This document shows, in pieces, positions 24,142 through 37,822 of a stretch of DNA of 64,000 nt (the first letter of the stretch is position 1; every line of letters starts with the position of its first letter). Position numbers and translations under genes: made by a program. Location: assembly GCA_038496445.1 (NCBI GenBank), contig JALMLS010000042.1, forward strand, positions 1-64,000, given 5' to 3'. Origin of the DNA: Trichosphaerium sp. ATCC 40318 (Eukaryota > Protista > Tubulinea). The notes under the pieces were generated by a model, which ran no database searches, was not told the DNA's origin, and saw only the letters and a list, made by a program, of their open reading frames with translations.

Positions 24142-27100
24142 ATGGCGGAGAGTAACCTAACGCTTTCAACTGGTTCGCTGGAGTCCGACTCAGAAGATTC
24201 CAGTGAAAAAAAGCCAGACCAGCAGGATCTGCGCTCAATACTTGCAGACACAGCACTAACGGAGAAACAAGTGAATGCTGTCATTAAAACACTGAAGGAG
24301 CATAATATTCTTCACGCCTCTGATTTAGCATCATTTCCTCTTTCAAAGATACGATCGCTGGGCCTAAAGCCTAAATCACGGGCCACCTTGAAGGAAATTA
24401 TAAAGCAATTAAATAGTGCGTAAAATATACACCTTCCTAACAGCGCACAAGCGCTAAAGGTGGTATGAGAACAGTAAATGATGACACTGACATGCAATTT
24501 TAGCTTCGTTTCGTTTAAAGGAGTTGTTTGGTGTTTTAGACTGCTTTGCAGATAAGGAGGTAAGTAATGCGAGCGTTTGTGCTACTTTACAAAATTACTG
24601 GTAACATTTGCCTAAATTTAATTGTTCTTAACGTGATCTCCGATTTTTTATATGCGCGCCCGTTTCCTACGTTATGGTGACTGACAAGTTAATTAGGTTG
24701 GTGGACTTTTGGCCGATTACGAAACAGTTTACAAAGTAATAAAAGACGAGCTCGAGGTTGATACTTGGGACGCTTTTTTAGAGCTTACAGGTGAAGGTAC
24801 AGAAGAAATTTTATCACGAAATTTAGATATTCATTTTTGATCGGTTTTTTTTTCTGACTTTTGTGGTGTAGACATAGACGAATGTCAAGAGCTTGGTCCT
24901 GTAAAAGCAGAGATACTAGAATTGATAGACTTTGCAAACAATTTTAACAAAACTAAAATACTACATGAGATTGGAGGTGTGTGAACAACAAGTTCTAGTT
25001 AATTTTGTTCCTCTCTAAAAAGCTTTATTTTTACAGAACTTCGCAAACGTCGTGTGAATGCTCCTGGTGACTTGAAAGATATATTGGATGGGTTCACTAA
25101 GGTTAGAGATACGCTCAACAAGTACGTTAATAATCAACACGTGGTTGTTTGTTGCCTTTTATGTGGAGTTTGTGTAAACAAATTTGCCTTTTTAGTTTCT
25201 AACTCTTTTTAGGGCTTTGGCTATGGTATCTCAAGGCGTTCCATTACCGAGTAGTGAGACGGAGCTTGAAGCTACTAAGAAACAGTTAAAACGAGATAGG
25301 CGAGTTTTTGAAGAGCAGGAAGCGAATGAAGAAGAATTCGATGATACTAGCGTGCGTGTTTTTTGGTTACCATTACATATTTTGGCTAAACCTTTTCTGT
25401 TTAGAATGAATTAGTATCTTTTGATGAGAATTTTCAGCTGTATCTAAATGAAGTACTATTGTCCCGCCTTCGTGGTCGTGCGCCACCATCTCAACCATCT
25501 CATGTGGTTACTTTTGTTGGTGCTACCCATGTAGGAAAGAGTTCAATGATACGAAAGATAGGTATGTGTTTTTTTCTTTTTATGTTGCTTACAACGTACA
25601 GCAAAATCCGGTACAACGCTCCCTCAAGTAGCTCAAACGGGTAATTATTTCCCTACGACTGGAAACGTTCACGTGTACCAAAGTGACATGAAGACATTGA
25701 ACCCGGAACTAAAACCTGAACATGTTCATCTAATCGATATTGAAGGTATTACATAAAATACCTTAATCTTTGTATTAAAAATCTTAGGTTCTAACTCTCC
25801 GAGTGTACCAAAATACGTTCTTAATTCTTTCACATCTTCTATAAAGAAGCTCATGTCTGACCATCATATGGTAAACAAAAGACGTAATGCAGTTGGTGGA
25901 TTATTACCTCGCTTTGCATATGTTGTTAGGTAAACTGTTGTACTTGATGTATTATATTGACTATTTTTTAGCGATGTTATTGTATATATTGGTGAAGGCA
26001 GTTGGGCTAATGCTGAATATCGTGATAATGTTGTAGAGTTCGCCAACGCTGCTGTAGACAACGTAGCTTCCGCTATTAGGTATGCATGGGGAAACAAAAG
26101 TTTGTTTTAATGGTTTTGTTACAGACCATGTATTATCATTGTTCACAACAAGTGTAATCCACGTGAACCAATGGATGTGGATGTAATGACAAAAAAGTTT
26201 CTTGAGCTACATGAACCCGCAGATAATCCAGTACTGACATCACTTTACGATCAAGTACATTAAGCACACGTTTGTATTTTGATGGTAACTTTTTTTTGTA
26301 GTTTAAATGTATTTCAATTCCTGACTGGTTCCATGACCAACAACTTTTTGATCAACAGATTACTAAGTTTAAAGTACGTTATACAGAAGGGTTCTATCAC
26401 TCTAATACCCTCAGCGTATTGTAGCAGAGATGTGCATGTCCCAAATACGCAAGAGACAAAGGCATGTCGAACTGAGTGGGTAGTCTTTTAAGCTAATTCA
26501 GAACTTAGATTGGGATGTATTTTGACCAACTTCCAGTGGTGTGAACTACTCAAGTATGTAGTCAGGAACTTCACTAGTGATAATTTACGTATTGGTACTT
26601 TCGTTGGTGAGTTAGTATCACCAGAGAATTCACTTGCTAAGAACGCGTAAGTCATCTATATACTATCAAATTTTTTTGGCTTAATTTCTTTTAAAAAACC
26701 AGATTTCACTTTTTCAATACAATTTATGATGCAGAGCGTTTCGAACCACACCAAAGCCGTAAGGAACATTACCTCAAGTACGTATAGTTGTTTTATATGT
26801 ATGTGGCTACTCTTCACACTCTTGCTTTTAAAGATGCCGTGATTCAGCAGTATCAATGCTTGCTGTACTGTTACTACGTAACCTTAAGCAAGAAGAGCAT
26901 ACTGCTCTTATTTTGGCTCAGGTAGAAATAAAAAAAAGCTACAAATACTGACTATGACTGCAATAGGATGATTTAAGCGAAAGTGCTAGCTTACAACAAC
27001 AAGAGTTCCAAAAGGAAGTAATGGAACGATACTTAAAAAAGTGGTATCATATCCTTGAGGTTCTAATTGGTTTTGTGAACAACCGTGCGCCTTGTTGTGC

Positions 27101-30100
27101 TATTTATAATGGTAAGAGAAGTTCTTTCATAGCAAGTTTGGATGAACAATCGTTAACCTTTTGCTTAGGCATCTTGGATGAAAACGGTAATCCTGTGCGA
27201 TGTACTCAAGAATGTGGACAGCATGATGCTCACAGAAGTCCTATTAAAGTACACTGTTGAATGTGACAATCCCTGTAGCTTCTAATTTGGCATTCAGATC
27301 TATGCTCCAGCACGAAAAGGAATGTCGATGATTGAGAAAATAATCAATGGTGTTCGACGTATTCTTGGTATTAAGCTTCCGTCTGTATGGGAAGGAGAGT
27401 TTTCTTTTGAAGGATCTCTTCCTGAGTTTAATGCAGATGTGAACTTATTAAGAAGCAAGATATCATCCTTGAACATGGTGCGGTTCATTTATCATGCTCA
27501 TTGACCCATTTAAATTATGTAGCTTACGTCTCTGGATTTTTGGAAAGAGAACCTGAGTATTGTATCGAAGTCTCTTAATGGGAAGAAACTAGCCCGTGAT
27601 AAGCTACCAGAAGATAAATGTTACCTATGTCAAGTCAACCCTTGTAACCGCCGGTTTATGAGATGTGGCCATGCTTTTTGTCGATACTGTGTGCAACGTC
27701 TACAAGCTATCAAGTGCCACGAATGTCCTATTTGTGGTGAGAAAGTTGAGAATATCGTAAAATACGTATGGCTTTCTGGAAATCAAGGTGTTTTAAGTTT
27801 AACGTTTGCTTACTTTGTTGTTTACTTTAGGAAGAACTTGGAGGTATATCTGGCGTTATTGAGAGGAATACTCTTGATAGAATACAAGAGGAGTTGACTT
27901 GTTTGGATCTCACTCCTGATGCTATTATTTCTATAGTAGGGAGAGTGAATAATAAGTTAAAATACTCTTTGATGACTCTGGAAAACCAAAAATCTAGGTA
28001 AGGAAAAAAGGAGGTTAAGCTGGGTGGGTGTTTTCTCAAAGACTATTCTTCTTTTTTTCTTTTTTTTTTTGCTTTGTTTAATTCTTTTGTTGAAGGATAA
28101 CTATGAAACAAAAATTAGTGCCTAGGGTATGCTATGTATACAGTATAGCCAAAGCATCATAACTTATTTTTTTTAACCTTTTTGTGTTTGTTCTTATGCT
28201 GTTTTGTTTGTTTCATACTTTCTTCTAGCTCGCAACTCACAGATGCCGACAATCCGAATTTAGACAATACTCTATCAATTAAGAACACGTACAGCAGTAA
28301 ATATTTATTGTATTATTAACCTATTGTCTTCAGAGAGCATCCATTTCAGAACTTTGCGTTCTGTGTAAAATATTGCCCAAGAAGTGCTGTCTATGTCGAA
28401 ACAAGGTCTGATGGCCGTAGCAGAATACTTGTGTATTATGCTGTCGACAGATACCACGGAAAGGTAGAATCACAAAACAAAGAGCGAGTAAAGGACGGGG
28501 TACCTTGCGGTAGCTATATGTATCTAGTTATAGAGCTCGTATTACCCACGTCGGTTGCTGTGTAATTAATTATTGACAAGAAACACTAAACAAAAAAACC
28601 AGTCAATAATTTTTTACCAGCACCTAGTTTTGAGCTACTGTTGCTTAGGAAAATGACCTTGTAGTATTCTTACTAACAGTTTCTTGTTATAGAGATGTTT
28701 GTATCCATTTGTCACATCTCATTACGTTATTCTCAATGAACGCTCATATCAACTGGAATTACCTTCTGTGCGCTATTAGAATTACTTCTGCCTTTTCTGA
28801 TTTGTTTTTAGCATTTGAAGTCTTCTGCACGTGTTGTTGAACTTGTATCCCGTCGCGCTAAATCAACGCGACGTTTGACTATTGAGGACATAAGCAATGA
28901 AGTTGTAAAGGGGCATGCCATGTAAAACATATCCAAATCTAACTGTCGTGCTTAGAGCATTTGTATCAAAGGTGGAACCGTTGAGTAAAGATTGTGACGA
29001 GTGGAGTCTAGCTATGAAAGATATAAGGTACTTACACCATCCGTAATTCATTGTTTCCTAACTGTGGTTTGTCTATAGCGACGTATCTCATACTGGCTAT
29101 ACGTTTCAGTTTGTTCACGGTGTTGATAATATGATCAAAAAGAGAGTTGACTATTTTGTACATGGCTCAGTAATTTTACGTGGTCTCAACCTTTGGCAAA
29201 TGGCCGAGAAGCATTGTGTTAACATATTCCCTCGCTTTATTGCTGCACAAACCCTTCTACTGATACTTGAGCAGCTCTGGAATAACAACATAAAGGCATA
29301 AAAATCTCCTATTTCCTTTTGAATTACCAAGAAACATTTTCGTTCTAATAACTCTTATAGGTTGTTAAGAGTGTTGAACACTGGTCACAACGAACGCTTG
29401 ATATATGTAAAGTATTCTGGAAGCAAATATTAAAAGACGCTGTTGATTACAATGGATCTTCTGTGTCTGCTCTGTTCACACGAAATAGAGAAACAAGAGT
29501 AAAAGAACAAGTTCTTTATGAATTTGGATTGCTCACTATTGATAACTTGAAGAGCGAGAACGCATACATATTTGATTTAACAGTACGTTAAGCTTCACGT
29601 GTAGCTCTATAAACACAATGAGTTCTTGTCCTCATGCATGCAATCCTGACGCAAATTTTTCGTTTAGAAGACTTTAGATGATAATCCTCGTACAGCATTT
29701 ACCTTACGTCGGTTATCTATATTTTCTTGGTTCCGTAAAGCTTTGAAAGAATTGGAAGGAGAACAAGACTTCTTTGGGTTAATATCAAAGTCACTTGCTA
29801 TTAAAAACACTGAACCATTTTGTTTACTTTGTCTTGATCGTCTTGATGTAAGTGTACATGTTTTTTGGGTTTACTCACTCACCTCCTATTTTAGTATGAA
29901 CCAAAACTTCCAGCTTGTAAGCATGTTGTTTGTACACGATGTAGAGATTGTATTGCACATATTGAAACCAATAGTATTCCTGTACCTAAGGTATTATTTA
30001 GACTGTCTTTAAACCAGCTTTTATACCAACTAACTGTTTAAAGGTGAATGTAATGGACTCGTCAATTGAGCCTGTAAGTGAAGCCGGAAATGATGCGCAG

Positions 30101-31466
30101 GCTGATAACATGGCTGAAGCAGAAGAATTGTCTAGAATGACTGAAAAGAGTTCAAAGACTGAAGACACAAGCACAGAAGAGGAAGAATCTAAATCACCAA
30201 AGAATACAGCAGATCCACTATTATTCTTAAAATGTCCAGTTTGTCATGAAGTTCAACGTAACCGTATAGTAGAGTGGTTACAAGAATGCGCAGAAGATGC
30301 ATCAAGGACAAAGGAGGTCAGAGGTAACCACTTCTTTTCTTCACTTCTGAAAAAACTACAAAACAATCGATTGATTCTGACAAATCATTAGATCGTTTGG
30401 GCAAATTGTTCCGAGCAGCTAAGTCTGGAACGGTAACTATTCATCGGCAGTTCAAACCAAGTGAATTGGTGTACCTTGAGGCCCTTCAAGAAAATACAAT
30501 ATACGCAGCAAAGATACCTAGCGAGGATAGAAATGTTATTGTTAAATTTTTTCAACCATTTCATATTGGTTTTGATTGGCATAAACTCCGTCGTGAAGTA
30601 GCTATTATGGGGTACGCATTATCTCCCTATACTTCCTGGTAACTGATTATCTTTATCATAGTATCTTGAAGCATCCTAACGTCGTCACATTCCATGGTGC
30701 TTTCTTGCCTTCTCAAGATGTTATTGAAAAAAGCAACTGGGAAGATGAATCATCAACTCTTCGTCCTTTTATTGTTACTGAACGTATGAGTAAGTCTTTG
30801 GCTACAATAATTAGAACTGAGCATCAAACAATGAGTCTATACGCTTGTCTTAAGTATGCGTTTCATATATCAAAGGCTATAGCATACTTGCATTCAATAT
30901 TATTAATACATCGTGATATCAAACCAGAGAACGTTGTTATCAATGCTATGTCTGGAAGAGAAATAGCAAAACTTATTGATTTTGGAGAAAGTATACTTGT
31001 TAATGAAGCTAATGAGCCAAAGACACGTGATAAGGTTGGAACACCTTTCTATGAAGCTCCAGAAGGCAAGTTTTGTTGTATTTGATCTTTTCTAAACTAA
31101 TATTTGTGTTTGCTTTAGTGAGTGAAGGCAAGTATTCTTTTAAAGTTGATACATTCAGTTTCGGCCGAATGGTATATGAGATGATGATAAAGGCACAACA
31201 CCCAGAACTTCTACGTTCTCCCAATTTTTATGAACAAGTTCCTGACTTGACACGTGAGATTACAGGTAAAAGATCCAAAGTAGTAATTTTTTTTCCTACA
31301 CAATTTTTTGTTTAAACCACTGTATTCTTAGTACCTTTTTTTAGGCTGTCCTAAGGAGCTTATGAACTTGTTTAATCTCTGTGAAGGTGATATTGATGAT
31401 AGACCTATTTTTAGGGATATAGTTGAGCTATTTCAGACTATTGCTGATCAGTTCCGGATAAGATAG
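24142..31466 (+). CDS. Large multi-exon protein: SAM-like, P-loop GTPase, RING, RING-like, protein kinase
   Basis: SAM-like DLASFPLSKIRSLGLKP; GTPase motifs GATHVGKS, LIDIEG, VHNKC; RING CYLC..CGHAFCRYC..CPIC; second RING-like CLLC..CKHVVCTRC; kinase HRDIKPEN, DFG, GTPFYEAPE. Not every junction was verified, so it could be two genes. Confidence 0.75.
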
Positions 31467-31927
31467 ACCGAAATAAAATAAAAAATAAAGATTTATCACC
31501 AAAGGGAGAAAACGAAATACCAACGTTCTATCAAAATAGTTTTTTACCATCCACAACGTCCTAGTATTTATCCGAAATGACAAAACCCACGTGATATTAA
31601 AAATAAAAAAAAATCAGCTTTATTTGTCCACGAATTCCAAAAAGAACGTTATATTGACACTATCAAAGAAGGTATCAAACTACGTTGCAGTTTTCATGGT
31701 CAACACCATTCAGTTTAAAATAACAATTGTTGATTCACTTCCCAGATCTCCAAACTTACAGTAATACTCGCCCACGGTTTATTTAGATCTATGAGAAAAA
31801 ACGTGAAAGGAGTAACAGCGAATCAAAAATTGTTCATTGAAGGATAAACTTGAAGCCACTTAAGGAAACTTCGTTAGCGAAAAACGAACCTGTTTAAGCG
31901 CAAAAAACATTAGCAAAGTTTGCCACT

Positions 31928-32551
31928 ATGTACGAGCGCCAAGAAAAGAAGTATGGTGTTAGAGTACAGTTGGAAAACGGGAAATGGGTCCCAGCTCATA
32001 GCTACCAAGAGGAAACCTTGATTAAATACCTAGAAGCAGAAGGAGGCAATAGATCAGAGGCAAACGAACCAGTAGTTTTTAATAAATGCGACATCAAGTT
32101 CACAATCAACAGAGAGACTGATAAGAAGCCTACACACAGGAGTGGGCATACCCCAGTGTACCTTTACAGGCCAAATGGAACGAAAATGCCGATTGCGAAC
32201 TTCGACGATGTGATGTATTGTTTTGTTTCAAATTTCGGCAAACCAGCATTGCACGAGGTGTGGGCTTACTACCACTTTATGTACTCGGACAAAGGGAAAG
32301 AAAAGAAGAGGGTTATACGTTTTAAGAGCGGGAAAGGACTCTCTGGAGGCAAGCGTTGTGTCACCATCCCATCCGAGTTCATAGAAGGAAACTTGGTTGA
32401 TGAAGAATGTTGCTTTGAAATTAAACGTGAAGACGGTGACTTGTACATTGTCAAGGATGGAAAGGAAGGTAGAGTTTTCGATAATACGTTGGAGATTATG
32501 GGACATATGAATTGGATTGGCAGGATGACGCAACAATCACCTTGCTATTAA
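31928..32551 (+). CDS. Hypothetical intronless 207-aa protein
   Basis: Long uninterrupted ATG ORF in AT-rich DNA; no family recognised. Confidence 0.65.
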   Translation: MYERQEKKYGVRVQLENGKWVPAHSYQEETLIKYLEAEGGNRSEANEPVVFNKCDIKFTINRETDKKPTHRSGHTPVYLYRPNGTKMPIANFDDVMYCFVSNFGKPALHEVWAYYHFMYSDKGKEKKRVIRFKSGKGLSGGKRCVTIPSEFIEGNLVDEECCFEIKREDGDLYIVKDGKEGRVFDNTLEIMGHMNWIGRMTQQSPCY

Positions 32552-33286
32552 CTCTGTTTTTTCATACTTTGAACACTGATTCAGACAGAGAGTGTTATGG
32601 TTTGCGAAAATCTTGACATTAAACGAAGTCTACGGCTTACAGTTACGCCAAAAGGTGGTCAAGACTACTTCATCACATTGATCAATAAATTGTTTATTGT
32701 TGCAAATTTATTTTTGACTGCGTGTACTCTAGTCTAGGCCTGGCAAACGTGTTACTACAAGGCCCTAGCATTGCGTTATCAAGCAAAGCTTATTAACAAA
32801 CACGTGAATATGGGTAGGCATAGATTTTCCTGGATTTTGTGCTCATCGTTCTTTTGCAGCGTAAGTTAAAAGTAAGTAATAGGAACAAGTTTAACTTGTT
32901 TTTTTGAATAATTCTGCACGTGCCACAAAACGGCAACCTAGGCTACTTCATACAAAAAAAAAGAACCAATATTCGCACCAATGGCTGACATTGAATGAAG
33001 TCCTGACTATAAGCAAACAACGCTCTGTGCTAGCTCGTATTTGCTTCCACACACTCATATTCGAATAAACGTGAACTAGAGCAGAAGTTCCTTTTTGTTG
33101 AAAAAAAACTGCTCGGGCGATTAATATTCTCCGATTACTCTGAATAGCCAACACTTCACAAACTTAAAAACGTGTGTTAAAAACGTTTGAAAAGATTCGC
33201 TGGATAGGAAAGATGTAGGAAGGGGTTAAGTTAACCTCGGATGAATTTAAGGTTGTGACAGACTTCAGTTAAACAAAAATTGAACA

Positions 33287-34526
33287 ATGAACACGTTAAC
33301 AGCAATAATAGCGAACCGTCACTCTATTGCATGGACTCTTCCTGCCATTGTAGGAGTTTCACCAGTTCTCGCTTTCTTTTCCAACAGATATGCTCCAAAC
33401 AAGCTCTATCGATGCGTCTTTGCTAGTCTTATATCGCTACCTCTTCTATTGTATCCTATAGGAACTCCACTACGTACTGCAGCTGCTTTAATGGGATCCA
33501 GCCTTTCATTCATGGTAGCAACACGTGTTTTATCCTCGGCGTTTCTATCAACTGAACAAACAAAGAAAAAACCGTTCTGGTCCGATTTCATCTCTCAACT
33601 ATGTGCTTTTGGATTCTACGCATTCTCCATACGTAAAACGAAACAGCCTAAAGAGAAAAAGGAAGAAAAAACTAAAAAAGAATGGTCACCAAATCTTTCA
33701 AAAAGCTCTTCTAGAGTTGGCATCTTGTGCTTTTAAAATCATCGCCTCTGGAGTTCTAGAACGTACTCTTTTCTATCTCACGACAACTGGCCGCCAAGCA
33801 GCTGACTTGGCTCTATCTACATCACTCGCTCCCAATACTACTAGCGTAGCTTATCCTGTCATCTGTTTGGCAGCATACGCTACTAGATACTTACACACTT
33901 GCTCTGAGACTATTGTTTTTGCTACCTCTGTAGCAGCGCTTTCAAACGCTTCAACAGATGCAATGAACGCAGTTCTTCGTATAGCATCAAGAGGAGAATA
34001 TGAGATAATGCCGTTCAATAACTGGGTGGTGTTATCAAAGAGTCTAAGAGAATTATGGGGTAAAAGATACAATCTTCTTATAAACCATTGGATGAGAGAA
34101 AACTTTTATGATCCTCTAAGGAACAACTACAGTATATCAAATACACTTGCTGCTAATACTTGCTTTGCAGCTAGTGCTATCCTTCATGTGTATGTTACGT
34201 TTATAACATTTGGTGGAGGTTTATCAAAGTCACTACGATCTCTTTCTTTCTTTATTCTTCATGGGTTTCTTTGTACATACGAAAGAAAAGTTGTTAATGG
34301 ATTTAAGAAAATTATGAGATATGAAGATAATGGGTTAACGAGTAGAGTTTGGACATGGACTGTTATGTTTCTATCGTTACCTATTTATCTAGGCCACTTC
34401 ACTGAGAGTTATCCTAAGTGGGGTATCACAAATCCCGCTGCAGTTCATGATATATCTAACATGTTTTGTGATGCTATTGCGCCTTCATCCAACCAATTTT
34501 CGTTGGCACAAATATCACAATTGTGA
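33287..34526 (+). CDS. Wax-synthase/MBOAT-family acyltransferase split across two frames
   Basis: PFNNWVVLSKSLRELWGKRYNLLI and FAASAILHVY (catalytic His region). The N-terminal TM ORF (33287-33736) and the downstream ORF differ by +1 near the A-rich tract 33635-33705. Confidence 0.75.
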
Positions 34527-35102
34527 CTACACATTAGACAGCATAATTCACTTATTAAAACTCGCAATGATGCAATCTCCAACGAATACCACGTACTTCA
34601 CAGTGATGCTTCAATTTTGGTTTTCAATGCAATTTAAATAAAGACTTATTAAGAAGTAACAGATTTCAAATACTTACACATCAGATATATCAATTCGCAA
34701 GCTGAATGCACTTAACTTTACTTATTGAAGAGTAAATTACATTCAATTAAAGCTAAGTGTATGCCAGTTGACCAAAAAAAAAAATGACTATATAAAGTTT
34801 ATGACACGATTTAATTTTGGTACATCTAAACACATAAATGTGGTAGCAAATATGCAACAGCTCTATACGCACAACCCATACCATTAGCTAATATATAATC
34901 TTAGATTAATTGTGATACAGCTATTCTAACAAATAGGTTGTGAATCAATACTTATGTAGGGACATTGGTATTTGCAAATAAGTGTGTAAACAACATTTAC
35001 TATTTTTAGTTGTACAAAACGAAAGCCTCAGGTATGAGGAGTTTGAGAAAGGAACCCGAATCTAGTTATGGAGAATATGATCAATCAATCAGAGATACCA
35101 AT

Positions 35103-37290
35103 TCACGACTGTTGTTCGCCGCTTGTATCTTCACCGCTTTCATTCTCCTCAACACCACTGTCGAAATCCTGTTCGGCTTCCAAAAACACAATAGTACGGG
35201 TGTACCCAGGAGTTTCGGAAATATTAGCCATGCGCTTTCCTACACCTTTGAGCTTTACTGTTCTAACGCCAGATTCCATAGATTTGCATGCCATGTACTT
35301 TCTAAGAGATGTACGTAATTTCCTGAGAAAAAAGACATGAGTATAAGTTTTTGTCACGTGATTTGTACTTACGCTTTGATGAGTTTGTTAAACTCAGGGT
35401 TAGTATAGACCAACTCATTATCTCTATCAACCATACACACAGGGAATGCAAGACATTTGAGATGTGCCTCTAGTGTAGTAGAAGGTACATAGTATCTCTT
35501 GTGAAGTTGTACTCTCAAAACCTCCGAACGAAGTGAAGATATACAAGCCTTACTAAGCACAAAGTATTAGATGGTAAAACTTACGTATGTATGTCTAGGT
35601 AAATACTTACACATCACCATCCTGTTCTAGACTATGATTTGGTGCAATCATTAGCATTTGTTGCTTATAGTGACGCTCAATTTTTCTGCGAAGGCTTTTG
35701 ATATTAGCTTTCTTAGCACGCATCCTAAGCGATTAATAAGACTTTTGACTATTTGCTATATCGTACTGGAATATCCAAGGATCTTCATCTTCCTTATAAT
35801 GGCATTTGATAACGAGTTTACCGTCTAATAAAAAAAGTCAGCGACCGAGAACAAAACCCAACGACGACTTTACCCATTTTTTTCTTCGTCCAAAATGGTT
35901 TTTCCTTTACATTAGTTGATGGTAGTAGAGTCTGAGGAGACTCCACGTAAGCTTTGACGTCAGTGTGATCGGCATCAAAAGCGTTCGTAGGCTTAGCGAT
36001 GAGACTCTAGTTGTCAACGTGAGCATGTTTTGTGATTATATAAAGCGTTGATATTGATACTTTCTCTGAATAACACGAACGTACATTCAACGCATTTTCG
36101 AATGTCTTGAGATCATCTGGATCAGTAATGATTTTCGAATAAGTTTCCTAGGAACAAGTAATCAGGAAAACAGTAACAGTAAGTCACCAAGAGTGAGACG
36201 ATCTTGTAAACAAATTGAAAAATACAAAAAATTTCACAAGGTAAAATGACAGTTTTTGAATTATTATGTTACCTTTTTCATTTTTAGGAGTGATCTTCCT
36301 GTTATATTAAGCTTAAAGAACTCTTGTACGTAATCACCGAGTCCAATATGATCCAGCCACATAGCAACTTCGGGTTTAATCCACAACTTCGCGTGTTCGC
36401 CGCTTTTTTTCATAACGGTTACATCTTTCTGAATTGCAATAAAGTATCTAGCCGGCCCAGAGTTTTTCCTTTAAGATACGAATAAAAAACCTTGCAAGGG
36501 AGAAAAAAAAACCAAAAAAAAAAGCCAAAAAAGTAAAATGTTACGACGGGTTTCTAAATTAAGCTTGAGAAATATAAATACCTTTTTTTATGCACAGGCA
36601 ACATAACGAACTGATTCCAGAAGGGTACACCTGTTTAAAAACATTAATAAACGAGAAACCGAAAATAAACGGAGAAATTAACCTCCATCGTTTTTCTAAA
36701 GGTTCGCACCATCTTTACGGTAATTTAAGAGCTCTACATCCAACGCCTCACAATTCTCTATTGAGTCGCGTATTTGCTGGACACTTTCGCGGTCTGTAAG
36801 AGGACCCTACGCGCTATTAAACAAAAAAACCGCTAAAAAGTTAAAAAACTCTTTGCAATGAAAGACGCACCTGTAAAAACCTACAATTTTGGCCTATAAT
36901 CTCTTCCTAAACGTTGCGTGTTATTACCGTTTTGGCAAAAAAAAATCCAACAATAATCCAAAAATAACCGTGTAGTCAGAAATGACGGTTGGTTTTCGTT
37001 ATCACGTTATTCTGCGGTTGTTACGTACCTTTGGGTAATGGGTCATACGTTCAAACTGCTCATTACAAAATATTATCGGTTGATCGTCTTGTTGCATATC
37101 TGCTACAACCATAGACTCCCATATCGACTCAAGGAAAGGGTACTCAAACACAATCTATTCGAATAAGATGTTTATTTCAAAGAGCGTTTTTGTTCATTAT
37201 TGAGCTTACCTGAGTGTGTATCTCCTTAGCTATCTTACTACTGAAACCTTTTTGAAGGTCACTGGCCTTTACACCAGCTGCGTTGCCCAT
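35103..37290 (-). CDS. LOV-SAM-(Ubl/PB1-like?)-PAS protein with an N-terminal MGN myristoylation motif; blue-light sensor candidate
   Basis: Exons 37290-37210, 37154-37029, 36906-36871, 36806-36710, 36630-36582 and 36468-36273 splice in phase to [65 protein letters not shown], then SAM (WIKPEVAMWLDHIGLGDYVQEFFKLNITGRSLL). A later PAS-like segment reads PVCMVDRDNELVYTNPEFNKL. Confidence 0.88.
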
Positions 37291-37822
37291 TTGGTTGGTT
37301 GCAAATTAGAAAAACCTCCGTGTTGCAAAAATAACAACAAAAAACTCACATTGACTTCTATTGAAATATGAAACGGTATTACGAAAAGGTATCACTTTTT
37401 TAGGTTAAAATAACGGGCGAAGTATTACTTCCTTGGTACAGTTCTATTCGTTCAAATCCTCCGCTTTTCCCACCACGTTGAATAACACTCGTTTTATAAG
37501 CGAAATAAAACGTAACCTCATTCTGTGAGGTGCAAAAAAAAGAAAAAGACACATGTGAACTAGAATTGTAATTTTGAAATGGAGTTAATTTTAGAACATT
37601 GTTGCGAACCGATAAAAGAAAATAAGCGCACTCGTCTAACGTTGTCCATACGCACAATTTGACGCTTCAGTGGAACAATGTAACAGCTAAGTATAGTGCC
37701 AAATTTGTTTATTTTACAATAAGGTAAAACCTAATTCGAATTAGCAGTAAGCCAGTCAGACTTCCTGTTGGAATATTTGTTTTTGCTTAAAAAACGAACC
37801 TATTCATTCTACAAATAAATGT

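Noticed and set aside
37029-37154. Apparent frameshift in LOV exon 2
   Set aside because: On re-reading, GAT CAA CCG ATA is in frame; the exon is 126 nt with no break.
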